From Mantamonas sphyraenae STR306 (taxonomy: Eukaryota > Protista > CRuMs), in assembly GCA_026936335.1 (NCBI GenBank), contig JAPMXV010000029.1, positions 687,366-751,365 of the forward strand: DNA of 64,000 bases, in the 5' to 3' direction. The notes under the pieces were generated by a model. It was not told the origin of the DNA and made no database searches. It saw only the letters and a list, made by a program, of their open reading frames with translations. The translations under genes were made by a program, and so were the position numbers. Each line of letters opens with the position of its first letter. The first letter of the stretch is position 1. Positions 1 to 13,977 of this stretch are shown here, piece by piece.

Positions 1-1576
1 TGCTGGCGGTTGAGGAAGCTTGCAAACTGGGCAGCTTTGATGTCGCTCTCGAGGGCGTCCTCAAGGAGGAGGAGGTAAATGTTGACGGGGTCCTGGAGGA
101 CGTGGAGGCGGCCAAAGAGGCGGAAGAGCAGAATGGGGAATTCGAGGAGCTTGTTGCTCTTGCGAAGGACGAGCCAACCAATGATGAGGGCGGCGACAAA
201 GGGGAAGAGGTGGAGCTGGAGGAGCTGGTCGTTGGGAATGGACTTGTCAAAGTGGTTGACCTGCCCGATGGCAGCCCAGGCGAGGGAGAACCAGAGAGAG
301 GAGAGCACCTGGTTGGTGGTGTGTTGGTACGGCTGCAAAAGGTGAAGACTGACGTTTGCAGCGATGGTGGCAGCGACGCGGAAAAAGTAAAAGATCTGTT
401 GGAGGTCTGGTTGCGGGGGTACGCTTGTGGCGATGATGACAAGCCAGCAGGCCTGGGAGAGGAGGTCGAGGTAGTGTGTACGTGTGCTAAGGAGAGCCTT
501 TTCGGTTGTGGTGTGAATGTTGACTGCGCTTGCCCAGGTGAGGACGAGGTGGAAAAGCATTGCGACAAAGCTGCTGGCGGCGTAGGGGAGTGTTTGTGCA
601 GAAGGGACACTGTTGGGGTGTATGGTGTGGGCAAACGGGGACGACGAATACGCAGACAGGCAGATTGAGATTAAGGGGGGAGGGTGTTGTGGGGGACAGT
701 GTGAGTGTGAGCGGGGGGTTGGGTAAGCATCATCTTGGGTGGCGCGCAGGAACGTCGTGCAACCGAGACAGAGCTGGGTGAGCAGTGGACATACATGATA
801 GCGGTCCAGAGGGAGTACTGTATGGGTACATAGAGAGGGTACATGCTAAAGTAGGCCATGGTGCCTGTGGCGCGCGCCAGGAGGCGGTGGTGCGCGGCGG
901 GCTCCAGAGAGGAGGATTCTGGTGGGTGGAAAACGCATCATCCGCACAAAAAAAGTTTGTGCGGTTCGGAGGGTGAGTGAGCGAGAGGCAGCGGGCGGGG
1001 GTGTGGGGAGGAAGGAGGGTGGGCGGAGACATACAAATAGACAGAGAAAAAGAGGAGGGTCTGGAGGTAGATCCAGAGGTTCACACAGAGGAGGACAGTG
1101 GGACCGAGGACAATTGGATCGGCAAGGAGGACGGCGATGATGCCCGAAAAGGCGGGGATGGAAGCTAGGGAGTATGAGAGGAGGAGGCCGCTGAGCTGGA
1201 GCCACTGGAGAGTGATGTAGGTGGCAGGGAAGATGTACAGGAAGAAGGTGGCGGCGACGGGCGAACGCATCAACGAGCCCGTGGAAAACTGGAGCTGGAG
1301 AAAGGTGCCTGTGAGGGCACGGTAGTGTCTCCAGTTCCAGGAGAGGCGCTGTTTGTGGACGACGCGGTCGATGTTGTTACTTTTAACATCGATGCGATCT
1401 GTGCTTTCGCTGCGGTAGGGGTTGAAGAGGTGGCTGACGGACGGCCTGCCGCGGCGCTGCCTGCTCTGGTGGTTGCGTGCTTGCATGGCGTTGGAAGAGC
1501 GAGCAAGGTCGTCATCTGCCCAGGCATCGAGGGTGTTGTGACTCCCAGGAGAGTAGTCGACGCCAGGATCGCGCAT
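1..1576 (-). CDS. Multi-pass membrane protein, TmcB/TmcC-like N-terminal membrane region; spliced, 3' end outside window
   Basis: Minus-strand exons ~1576-1035 (MRDPG...hydrophobic helices), ~845(or 918)-795 (MYPLYVPIQYSLW) and 609-<1 (IVPSAQTLPY...LHLLQPYQH...FPFVAALIIGWLVL). Donors GTATGT at 1034 and 794, acceptor CAG at 610. The first acceptor is ambiguous and the family call is from recall. Confidence 0.55.
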
Positions 1577-1831
1577 GGGGGGCCACAACAACGATGTCCA
1601 GTAAGTGTTGGCGTGGCGGGAGGGCTGCGAAGCAGACAGTTGCGAGGAGCATTGATCAAGGAAGCGGAGGGAGAGAAGGGAAACGCCGTGGAGATGTGAA
1701 GTAGACGGGGTGGGGGTTGTGTTGTGTGCGTGTGTCGCCGGAAGGGGGGTTTGAATGCCCGGGTGTGGCCTGCGGCCAGGCACGACTTTTGTCCGGACTG
1801 ACACAAAGGACGGACACATGGACGGACACAG

Positions 1832-2929
1832 CATCCGGGAAGGGATCGTCTAAGCAAGAGAAGGAAAAATGGGTGCAAGAGCTGGACGAAAAGTGCCACG
1901 AAGAGGAGTTTATGCACACGGAGGAACTGCCGCTGTCTGACGGAGACTTTGATGAGCTTGTGGAGCTGTGCCACGGTGACAACGACGCGTTCGACCTTAT
2001 TGTGGACAAGAAAGATGTGAAGATCTACAAGATGAACGACAGCCGATCGGGAGTGCATCTGATCAAGGCGACGTCGACACTGGCCAAGATCCCGCCACGA
2101 GTTGTGTTTACGCTGCTGTACGACCTGGAGCTGCGGCACGATTGGTAAGCGAAGCGTTGGGGGGGTGCGGGAAGGGGAGGGGATGGGCATGGGGCGGTGA
2201 CAGTGAGAAACAGGCGCAACAGAGACGAAGAGGCATGTGTGGCATGCGAGAGTGGGGCGCAGAGGAGGGGTGAAAAGCGGCTGACATCGCAGGACCGTTT
2301 TTGTACGCGCAGGGATCCATTGCTGGTGGACATGGAGAGCCTTGAGCGATACGACGAGAACCAAGATGTGATCTTCTTTCGTGTGGAGGGACCCATTGGG
2401 ATTGCAGACCGGTAAGTGGTCGGGCAGAGGGGAGAAAAACGGAAGCGGGACTGAGGTAGAGAGAGAGGGAGCGGACTGCGGTGGGACAATCTCGCTGACT
2501 TGGCATGGGGCGACCTGGGCTTCACTGGACACAGTGAGTTTCTGCAGTACCGTGGGCGGCGGCACGAGAAAGGGCGTCATGTGATTCTCTTCAAGCAGGG
2601 ACCCAACGAACTCGTGGAGGAGGTGGACGACCGAGTGCGCGCGGAAACGCTGATTGCCGGCTACGTAATCGAGCCGCACAACGGCGGAAGCATCGTGACG
2701 GTGGTGTCACAGAACGACATCAAGGGAATGATGTAAGTACAGACGGGGGCAGATGTGTGGGGAGGCACCAGAGCCCACAGAGAGTGTGTTGTAGGCTGAC
2801 ACTCAGCGTTGCGCGGGTAAACCTGGCAGCCCCAAGTCAGTTGTCAACTTGTTTGCCTCGAACCAGCCGCTGAAGTGGTTCCAGAAGTTTGAAAAGGTGG
2901 TGGACAAGTACATGAAGGGCGAGCTGTGA
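1832..2929 (+). CDS. START (StAR-related lipid transfer) domain protein; first exon/start not resolved (upstream of CAG acceptor at 1831)
   Basis: Exons 1832-2144, 2313-2411, 2535-2732, 2830-2929 joined by GT-AG introns give LYDLELRHDWDP...IADREFL...GYVIEP...SQNDIKGMIPKSVVN, which are typical START motifs. Stop TGA at 2927-2929. Confidence 0.85.
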
Positions 2930-2975
2930 TGTGCTACGGCGGGAGATACTTTTTCTGGATCGACGACTCGGGACA

Positions 2976-2976
<1 letters not shown>

Positions 2977-3009
<33 letters not shown>

Positions 3010-3070
3010 AGACAGACTGACTGACAGTGAGACAGTCAGACAGAGAGACAAACACACATACACACACACA
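2977..3070. repeat. (AC)n / (ACAG)n microsatellite between convergent 3' ends
   Basis: acacacacacacacacacacacacacacagacacagacagactgactgacag... directly visible. Confidence 0.9.
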
Positions 3071-3153
3071 CTGTGTTTGCAAACGCATGCAAACACACGC
3101 ACACGGGGGAGGCAAACAAATGGAAACGCGTTTTGTTTTCGCTTCTCCGCTGT

Positions 3154-5037
<1,884 letters not shown>

Positions 5038-5116
5038 GACTGTCGGAAAGTGGCGGTTTGTTTGGACTTGGGAGAGCGGCTTGCTGGCCACCCAACGCAA
5101 ACACGCGGAGGAAGCG

Positions 5117-6808
5117 ATGTCGTCAAAGCGGAGCAGAGAGAGCGTGGAAGAGGAGGGAGTGATGGGAACAGGGGGGCAAGACACAGAGAAGCGGCAACGT
5201 GTGGTGTGTCCGTACCTAGACACAATCGACCGCAGCAAGCTGGACTTTGACTTTTCGAAGCAATGCTCGGTGACACTGAGCGGACACAACGTGTATGCGT
5301 GCCTGGTGTGTGGCAAGTACCTGCAGGGACGAGGTGTGAACTCGCAGGCATACTTCCATTCGTTGCACGAGGACCATCACGTGTTCCTGAATCTGCACAG
5401 TGGCAAAGCGTACTGCCTTCCGGACGACTACGAGGTTGTGGACCACTCGCTGCACGACATCCAATACCTGCTGCACCCGACATTCACCAAGGAAGATGTG
5501 GCGCTGATGGACGGCAAGGAGGTGCCCAAGGTGGAGGACCTGGAAGGCAAACCGTTTGTGCCGGGGGTCATTGGCATGAACAACGTGCACGACAGCGACT
5601 ACATCAACGTCGTACTTCAGTCGTTGGTGCGCGTGCAGCCGCTGCGCGACTTTTTCTTGTTTGAGGCCAACTACAAAGGGGTAGGTTGCAGGTGCGACGA
5701 GTTGCGGACAGCGGAAGATGAGCGCGCGGGAGCGAGAGGTGCTGACACGGAGACGGCTTGTGCGTGCGTGTGTGTGTGTGCGTGTGACGCGTCATGTGGG
5801 TGTTTCTCTTTCCCTCCCTTTCTCTCACAATGTGTGTGTGTGTGTGTGCATGTGTGCAGTGCAAATCTGAGCTGGTCAACACATTTGGCGAGTGGGTGAG
5901 GTCGTACTGGAACTTTCGGCGCTTCCGGGCGCACAACAGTCCGCACAGGATTGTAGAGGCCATCAGCGCAGCTAGTGACATGCGCTTTCGCGCAGACAAA
6001 CAAGGGGATCCTGTGGAGCTGTTGTCGTGGCTTCTGAATGCACTGCATCGCGGGTTAAAGAGTGCGGAAGGCAAGGGCAAGAACGTGGTACACCGAGTGT
6101 TCCAGGGTCAAGTGGAGATCACGTCGTACAAGCTATCGGCGCCGGAAAAGGTGGAAACACGCACAGTGAACTTCTTGATGCTGTCGCTGGACGTACCACC
6201 GCCACCATTGTTCAAAGACGCTGACGAGAAGATCACGATTCCGCAGATTCCGATCGACACGCTGATGCGCAAGTTTGACGGGGAATCGGAGCATCTGGAT
6301 GCAGTGAGCAAGAGCATGCGCAAGTACAAGATCGTTCGGATGCCTGTGTACCTGTTGGTGCACATCAAACGGCTGACGCGGAACCGGTTCTTTGTCGAGA
6401 AGAATCCAACGATTGTCAACTTTCCGATTGTGAACATGGACGTGAGCGACTGTGAGTTTGGTTTGGGAGGGAGAAACGACAACAGGGAGGGAGTTTGTGT
6501 GAAAGGAGAGGGAGATGAGGGAGATGTTGGGTGCACTGACACAAACGGGGAGCGGATCTCAGATGTGCCACACGATGGCAAAAGCCCGTTGGTTTACGAT
6601 CTGGTGTGCAACGTGGTGCATGAGGGACTTCCCGGAGAGGGGAAGTACAAGGTACACGTGCCAAACAGAGGCACGTGGTACGAGATCGAGGATCTGCAGA
6701 TGGCCGAGGTGTTGCCGCAGTTGGTGCGTATCTCGGAGAGTCTGCTGCAGGTGTATCAAGGCAAGGCGAGCAAGAAGAGCAAGATTGAAAGCAACAGCAG
6801 CAACAGCA

Positions 6809-6846
<38 letters not shown>

Positions 6847-6867
6847 GGGGATCACAGCCGCGCGTGA
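5117..6867 (+). CDS. USP39: U4/U6.U5 tri-snRNP-associated protein 2 (USP39/Sad1)
   Basis: CPYLDTIDR..LDFDF.K.CS, YACLVCGKYLQGRG zinc finger, inactive USP domain (GMNN...DY.NV), FFVEKNPTIVNFP. Introns 5681-5859 and 6452-6562. Confidence 0.95.
6790..6846 (+). repeat. (AGC)n trinucleotide repeat encoding the poly-Ser tail of USP39
   Basis: agcaacagcagcaacagcagcaacagcagcagcagc... immediately before the stop. Confidence 0.9.
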
Positions 6868-6895
6868 CAAGCCACCGAAAACGAGAGGCTCGTCC

Positions 6896-8698
6896 ATGCG
6901 GCTGAGCTTCAAACAAGGGACGCAATCCATTGCACATGGCCAAGATGGCTCGCAGAATGCATACGTCTGTAAGCCCAACCGATGCGCGATCAGTGTGGCG
7001 CTTGAAGACGAGGAGGGACGAGCGGTGACGTCGACGCAGGAGCAGCTGCGATTCCGATGTGCTCTGTTTGAGACGAACGATAGCAGTCGAGAACTGAAGA
7101 AACTGGACGGGAATACAACATGTGTGTCGCACAGTGGCTCTGCGACATTCCAGTTTCGCGTGAATGTTTTGAGCGGACGGGACCGGAAGATGTTCTTTGT
7201 GAGTTGCTGCGCAATGGGTTGATTGGAATGCAGTGGGGACATGTCGGGATGCATGATGGGAGGCGAGATGGGACATGAAGGTTGTGGAAGGGGCGCGAAA
7301 GGGCGGGTCGGGGAAGTTTCCGGCGCTGCTCGGGCGGGTTTCCTCGCTTTTTCTGAGCGGCGGCAGGGAGCAAAGCAGGAGTGGAGAGAAGACGGACGGA
7401 GGTTGTTGGAATGGTGACGGGGAGGTGGATGTGGTGAAGTGAAAGGCAAGCGGGGATTTGGTGTGGAGGAAGCAGATGTGGCCATGGGCTGACTCAGTAG
7501 ACGGGGATCGTGGACACAGGTGCGCGTGAGCGTGGAGGACACGGAAAGCGGGGCGGACTACGCGCAGCCGATCCAGACGGACTCCTTTCTGGTGTACTCG
7601 AAGAAGCCGCGGCACAGCACACAGAGCACACAAAGCACAAACGGAAGCAGCAACGGAGAGCAGGGATACCAGGAGGTGCAGAGCAGCAGCAGTGAGAGGC
7701 TGTTTGCAGAAGACGGGGCAAGTGTGTACGTGGGCGGCGGCTACGGGAGTGAGCGGCGCGGGACTGGGCGGGCAAAACGAGGGATGTCGCCTGGGCTGGA
7801 CTACTTTGTGGTGGACCCACATGACAGCAAGCGAGTGCACAGCAACACAGGTGGGGCCGTAGGGATCCACGAGGCGGCGGACATGGGCTTGGACGACGAT
7901 CTGGGCGCAGGGATGAAGGGCCTGAAGGGTCTGAAGGGTCTGAAGGGGCCGGTGAGCACGCACGGGAGCGGGATCGCAGGAACAGACTCGAGACGACGAG
8001 GACACACAGACACAGTGGACGACTTTCACCTAGACCTGGAACACAGCGATCTGACGGTGGCAGCAAAGACGCTGGCGCTCAAATCGCTGCCTAGACCAGG
8101 CTCAGGGAGTAAACAACCGCGCTTTGGAGACAAGTACCTGCGCAGCTCACGTTCAAGCAGCGTCGACGGGGCGTTTGCGCAATACAGGGACGGGAGCGGA
8201 AAGATGGAAGAGGAGGTCGTGGACTCGCCGCTGGACATTGACGAGGATGAAGTGCTGTCGCGTGTGATCGACCAATCGGTAGGTTGTGTGTGGTGTGTGT
8301 ACGAGGGTGCGCGATTGCGATGCTTTGTGCTGACATGGCCAGGAAACCGCGTGTGTGCACAGTTGGAAACGGCCAGCTCGGCCAGCCACGCGCAAAAGGC
8401 GCTGGTGGACAGCTTTGAAGGGCTGGAGATCCCAGACAGGAGTGGGGGCGGGCACAAGGGTGACGGGGAGGCGGAGGGTGTACATACGAACGGGGAAGGA
8501 AGCGGGTGGGTGCAGCTGGAAGGAGACATGTCGGACGAGCAGCGTTCGCATTACCAGGTGCAAGCGATGCAAGCGCAGGTGATGGCCCTGATTGGACAGC
8601 TGCAGGACGAGCGTGTGGCGCGGCTGCGGGCGGAGCAGGAGGTGAAGAAGCTGAAGCAAGAGCTGGAGTGGATGCGTGCATCGGAAATGGGAATGTAA
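6896..8698 (+). CDS. Putative transcription factor: N-terminal beta-sandwich (CudA/p53-like Ig-fold) domain, low-complexity middle, C-terminal coiled coil
   Basis: Exons 6896-7198, 7520-8278, 8363-8698. Sequence ATFQFRVNVLSGRDRKMFF|VRVSV...IQTDSFLVYSKKPR resembles CudA-like DNA-binding domains (recall). C-terminal heptads LQDERVARLRAEQEVKKLKQELE. Confidence 0.5.
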
Positions 8699-8773
8699 GA
8701 AGTGGGGCGATTGCAGAGAACCACGGGGATGGATGTGCGGGTTTGCAGGGAAGGCCCGTGTGCAGGCAACCAA

Positions 8774-9820
8774 ATGATTGGGATGTCGCGCGGCTCCGTT
8801 TTGGTTTTCGTGTTGCTGGGCTGCGTGCTGGGGGCGGTGCGGGCCACGGGAGGAGTGAACCCGACCAACCAACCTGGCGGGGTGATGAACAGTATCGATG
8901 CGTTTTCTGTGGCGGAGGAGGAGAGCAACGAACGCAGTGTGGAGCTGGAAGGGCCGTCGGGAAAGAAGCTGAGCTGCGTTTTCAAGTACCAGACCAAAGT
9001 GGCGAGCAAGGATGCGGGTGGTGAGGAAGAGACGGCCAAGGTGGGGATGAGTGCGCAGCAGGCGATCGGACGGCTGCGTGGCAAGTGCATCCAAAAGCAG
9101 GACGGGTACTGGACGTACGAGGTGTGCGTGGGCAAGCATGTGAAGCAGTGGCACGACTCGGACGTGTACATGCTGGGCAAAACAATGAGCCCTGCGGCAG
9201 CAGACGCAACAACACAGGAGTACACAGACGGTACGCCGTGTGGGGCTCTGGCTGGGCGAGAGCCGCGCCGGGCAAACGTGGCGTACTTTTGCTCGGACAG
9301 CGAACGGCTGGAGACGATCCGAGAGGACAGCACGTGTGTGTACCAGGTGGTAGTGTCCACACCGTCGGTATGTGACCACCCGGCGTTTGAAAAGAGCAGC
9401 CAGCAGTTCTCTTCGGAAGACCAGCAGGAGGAGTGGTACCTGGAGCTGGAGCGATTCCCCGACACAGGCGGCTACGCGTGCTCTGTGCAGCTTGCGGGCG
9501 AAAAGATGCGCACGTCGAATGTGCACTTTGATCGCTTTTCGGTGCAGCTGGTGCAGTCGGGCAGCAAGATGCCACATCCACACACACTGAGCGCGGTGGT
9601 TGCTAGGTAAGTAGTGGGGGTGCGAGGGGAGACCTGGCCGGCGTTGGTTGTATTGAAGAGGGTGTGCGGACCACTGACACACAGGTGCAGACATGGCAAC
9701 CGACAGTCATTCGAGGCCGCAGAGGTGGCAAACGTCCGGGGCTCCTCGCAGTTGGCTTCCACGGACAAGTTTACGGGCAAGATGGAGTTTGTCCGCGTCG
9801 TAACCGACCAGGAGATCTAG
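8774..9820 (+). CDS. OS-9/erlectin-like ER lectin (MRH/PRKCSH domain)
   Basis: Signal peptide, CIQKQDGYWTYEVCVGKHVKQWH, YTDGTPC, IREDSTCVY...C. Intron 9607-9690. Start at 8774 or 8783. Confidence 0.85.
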
Positions 9821-10096
9821 AGAGGGACAAAGGATCGGTCAGGGAAGGCGCAAGATGACATTTTCTGGCCCTTGGGGGAGGCACTGTGTGTCAGGGTCGA
9901 TGTGGGAACGAGAGGGGAATCGAGAAAAGAACGAACTTTGGCGCGAATCCGCGAGCGCTGGCTTGGAGTCGTCAGGGACAAAGGCAAAACGAGAATGAAA
10001 GCCAGGACGTGTGGAAGGATGGATGAGCTGGTGAGCGGATGAAGCGGGTGTGGTCTGGGTGTCCATCTGCATTTGTGTGGATGGGTGCGTGCCTGC

Positions 10097-11336
10097 TCAA
10101 CTCCAGTTGGACTGGTTGAGCTCCTGCTCTGCCTCCTGTTCCCATTCCGGGTGCTCAGCAATGACCTCATCGACGGTCAGTTGGGTCAGGCGCTGTGCGG
10201 TGGCTTCGTGCTCGCTGAGCTCGACCTTGAGCTCCTCGACACGGACGTCAGCACGGTCGGAGACTTCCTTTGCAGTTTGCAGCTGTGTGGGAGCCAAGGA
10301 GTGGGTGTGAGTGGCTATGCGGGACACATTTGCACATCCACCGTGCATGGCAAGGACAAACGATGGGTACGGGGCAGCGTGCAGGCCATGCAGGGCCAAA
10401 ACACCACGCTCGGGGCGGCAACGGACGCGGACCTCTTCCCAGCGCGCTTTTGCGCACGGAGATGGCTACGGGAGCAGGGCGAGCGTGTGCAGGAACACAC
10501 AGAGGTGCGATGCGATGCACGTGGTAATGACGAGCGTGGCTGCGTGTGTACAATTGGGGGAGGGGGCACGGGAAGGAAACGAGAGGGAAAGCGCGGGACA
10601 AAAAGCCCTCTCTCGGCCGGGCGTAGTGACGTACAAGGGTAGCAAAGCCCTGCTCGGCCTCGGCACTGAAGGAGTCGCTGAAGGACGGGAACTCGAGGGT
10701 CTTGGATGCACTCTCGAACTGCTCGACGACGGATTCCATGCCCGGCAGCTCCTGCTTCCACTTGCGCCAATCGACAGGCTGGAGCGGCTCGCTGCCCAGC
10801 ATGTTGTTGAGCTGGCTGTGGATGTCGTCAAAGGCCTTGGACAGGCGCGACACCTCAGCGCGCTCAGCAGCGGTGTTGAGGTCAGCGGCCAGGTCGCTGA
10901 ATGCCAGGTTCTGGCCTGTGGGGGCAAAAGGGGGAGGCGGTACGGATTGCAAATCGAGTGTGAGCTTCACGCAGGTCAGAGCGCCTGAGCTATGGAAACG
11001 GGAGAAAGGGAGGCAATGCGGGACACAGCATCCCAGTCGATGCACGAGTCCCCCCACATAGCCATCGCAGTGTGGGACTCATGCACGAGAGTACAGGCGC
11101 GCATCTGGAACCGGGGAAAACTTGCCTTCCCACGACGACGAGGCTTCACCTGCCTGCACCTTCTTGGCCATGGCGGCAGCCTTGTCCAGGTCCACCTTGC
11201 CGTTGGAGGTGATCTCCGACACAAAGTCCAGGCTGTTGCCACCCTTTGCAGACTCGTACATGGCAGCAAGCTGCTCCTTGCTCATGGACGCAGCCAGGCC
11301 GGATTCGTTGCGTGCGACTCGCGAGAAACGAAACAT
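10097..11336 (-). CDS. Mitochondrial ATP synthase subunit d
   Basis: Exons 11336-11126, 10915-10635, 10282-10097. Presequence-like MFRFSRVAR, then PVDWRKWKQEL...VVEQFE and LTVDEVIAEHPEWEQEAEQELNQSNW, matching ATP7/ATP5PD. Probable 5'UTR intron 11440-11337 ends right at the ATG. Confidence 0.8.
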
Positions 11337-11493
11337 CTGCGAGGGTGTGGTTACGTGAATGTGTGTATGTGTGAGTGTGTGCATGGAGCGAGACGGGTGG
11401 GGCTCAGCGGCTCCGCGTGTGCCAGGGTCACCGCATATACGTTTGCTTTTTGCTGGCCTGCGTCGCGAGCTGAGCGTCCGTTTGCCAAACAGA

Positions 11494-13909
11494 ATGGCCG
11501 GTGTGCGCATTGTCAACGGAGAGATTGTCCGCGACGAGGATGTGCGCAACAGGCGGGGCACAACACAGGGCAACCCGCGCAGCACAAATGCCCACCGGCG
11601 CAAGTTGGTGCAGCGGGCAAGAACAGCGGCGGCTACGGCGACTTCTTCCTCGTCCAGCAGCGGCACTGGAGCTGCAAGCGGCGTCGCACAGGCGGTGAAT
11701 CAGCCCTTGCCTTCATCGACGGATATTGAGGAAGAGCTCAAGTGTCCCATCTGTCTGGACATGCTGGTGGGCGCAGTGGAGACGAGCTGTGGCCACTCGT
11801 TCTGTGGTGCGTTGTTGTTGAACGCCCTCCCATCTGCCTCTCTTTGTGCGGTGTGCTGACCCGTTCTCAACAGGCGTGTGCTTGTGCGCTCACTTGCGCA
11901 CAAGTCTGGTGTGTCCTTCGTGTCGCTCTGACGTGGCGTCCGTCCACCCCAGCTTTGCACTTCGCAAAGTGTGCACCACTCTGCGGCGTGCAGGCAGGCA
12001 ACGGGACACAGAAGAGGCCACGGCACAGGAAGAACCCGACTATCGAAGTGTGGACGCACAGGTGCAGCTGGTGTTCCAGGAACGGCAGGCGTTGCACGAA
12101 CAGGAACTCAGCGCACGCGACCGCGCTGACCAGCGGCGCAGGGAGCATGAACGCAGCGCAAATGCCTCTGCCTTTGCTCTGCGCATCTTTCTCGTATTTA
12201 TTTTCACCAGCGTGTGTCTGTCCTGGATGGCGTACGCGTGGAGCGCGGCAGAGACCCGACACCAGCTGCAGGCCAGCCCGTACACATCTGGGTGGTCCAG
12301 CGTGTTTGATACGTTGCAGCGAGTGATGAACAACGCGTGGGGTCGGGGCCATTTGGACGACAACGACAACGTCCACAGAGGGAATGTAGCTGGGCCGCAA
12401 GAGAAGTCAAAGGCGGCGCACGGGGCGACTCCTACCGCACCTAGGCGGACACGACAACAGCAGAGAAGGCAGGAAAGGGAAGCGCAGCGCAAGTTGCAAG
12501 CAAGCAGGCTCAACGAGGAACTGGTGGCGACGCACTCGGCACGTGAGGTGCGGCGGTTGGTGTCAGCCGGTGCAAAGGTGGACTCGGAGCACACAGAGAT
12601 CGGGGCCACGCCGTTGTACCTGGCCGCACGCGATGGCCTGGTTGACAAAATGGAGGCACTTCTGACTGAGGGGGCGACTGTGGACAAGTCAAGCAAGCAA
12701 AAGGCGACACCGTTGTACGTGGCCGCCGAGTACGAGCGCGTGGACGCTGTGCGGCTGCTTTTGCGCCACAGTGCGGACGTCAATGCACGCTTCAGTAGCG
12801 GAGCTACGCCACTGGTGATTGCCAGCGAAAAGGGCAATGGCGCGGTGGTGCAAGCTCTGCTGGACACAGGCAAGGCCGACTGTTCTCTTGCCGGAGCACA
12901 GGAGATGGGTCCACTGCATGTGGCGGCCGTGTTGGGCCATACCAAGGTTCTCCGACAACTGCTGCGCTACAAGCGAGGGCCTCGTTCGGGAACTGGATGC
13001 AACATCCATCACACGGGCTCCTCTGGCATGACGCCACTGTACCTGGCTGCACGTGCAGGCCAGTTGGACAGTGTCAAGACGTTGTTGGAACATGGAGCGA
13101 GTGTGCACAAGTGTTCGAAGGAACAAGCCTGCCCCGTGTACGTTGCCGCCGAGTACGGGCGTGCTGAAGTGGTCTCTGCCCTCCTGCGTGCAGGTGCACC
13201 CGTGGACTCTCGTTTCCACAGCGGTGCCACTGCACTGGTCATTGCCGCCCAGAAGGGATTTCTGTCCATCGTGCGTGTCCTGCTGGAACACGGGGCAGAC
13301 GTGGAGCTGGCCGGTGCACAGGCCATGAACGCCTTGCACCTGGCCAGCATGGGAGGACACGTGGACGTCGTGCGTGAGCTTTTGCAACATGGAGCAAACC
13401 CAGACGCTGTGGCTGAGCAACGAAGCACGCCATTGCATCTGTGCTTCAACGCAAACAAACTCGCTGCGGTTCCCATCCTGCTGGACTTTGGGGCCAATGT
13501 GGACCAGGCCAACGGCCAAGGTATGACCGTACGCCACTTGGCTCGCTCCAACTCCAAAGCACATCTCCTGCGTGGCTGCGATCGTGTGCGTGTGCGCCTG
13601 TTTGTCCGTGCGGGCCGTCGCAACGGACCTCGTGCCCTCTGGCTCAACAAGCGCTCTGCACCCAAACACGCGTGGTACCGCGTGCGACGGCGTGTACCGG
13701 GGTTAGTGTCCCTGCCCCTGGTGCAGCTGAGGGTGCAATTTGTCGACGCACGTGGGCAGGCGCTCCCGGGTTCGGCAGCACAGGCAACGGTGGCACTGAA
13801 CAAACCCTTTGAGCAACTGCTGCGTGTGCCGGCAGTGCAGGAGCTGAACAGGGGGACAGGCACGCCCGTGGTGCACCTGGAGATTGCAGAGAGAAGCAAG
13901 GCAAAGTGA
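11494..13909 (+). CDS. RING-finger (C3HC4) - transmembrane - ankyrin repeat protein, putative E3 ligase
   Basis: CPICLD...SCGHSFC|GVC...CPSCR across intron 11807-11873. One hydrophobic helix (FALRIFLVFIFTSVCLSWMAYAW), then about 9-10 TPLH/TPLY ankyrin repeats. Confidence 0.85.
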
Positions 13910-13977
13910 TGGTTGTGTCAAAATTCACTGCGTTCATGGCATTCCAGGCAAAGCTGACGTGCATCACACAGTCACAC

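Noticed and set aside
938-940. In-frame TGA in the first gene as readthrough, selenocysteine or a recoded stop
   Set aside because: It lies in an intron-like C-rich stretch after a GTATGT donor, and TGA terminates other genes normally.
7250-7360. Box C/D snoRNA in the long TF intron; also ATGATGA in the PLA2 intron near 15060 (-)
   Set aside because: Imperfect C box or no suitably placed D box, no convincing terminal stem, and no recognisable rRNA complement.
7913-7948. 9-bp tandem repeat (KGL)x3-4
   Set aside because: Ordinary slippage in a low-complexity region.
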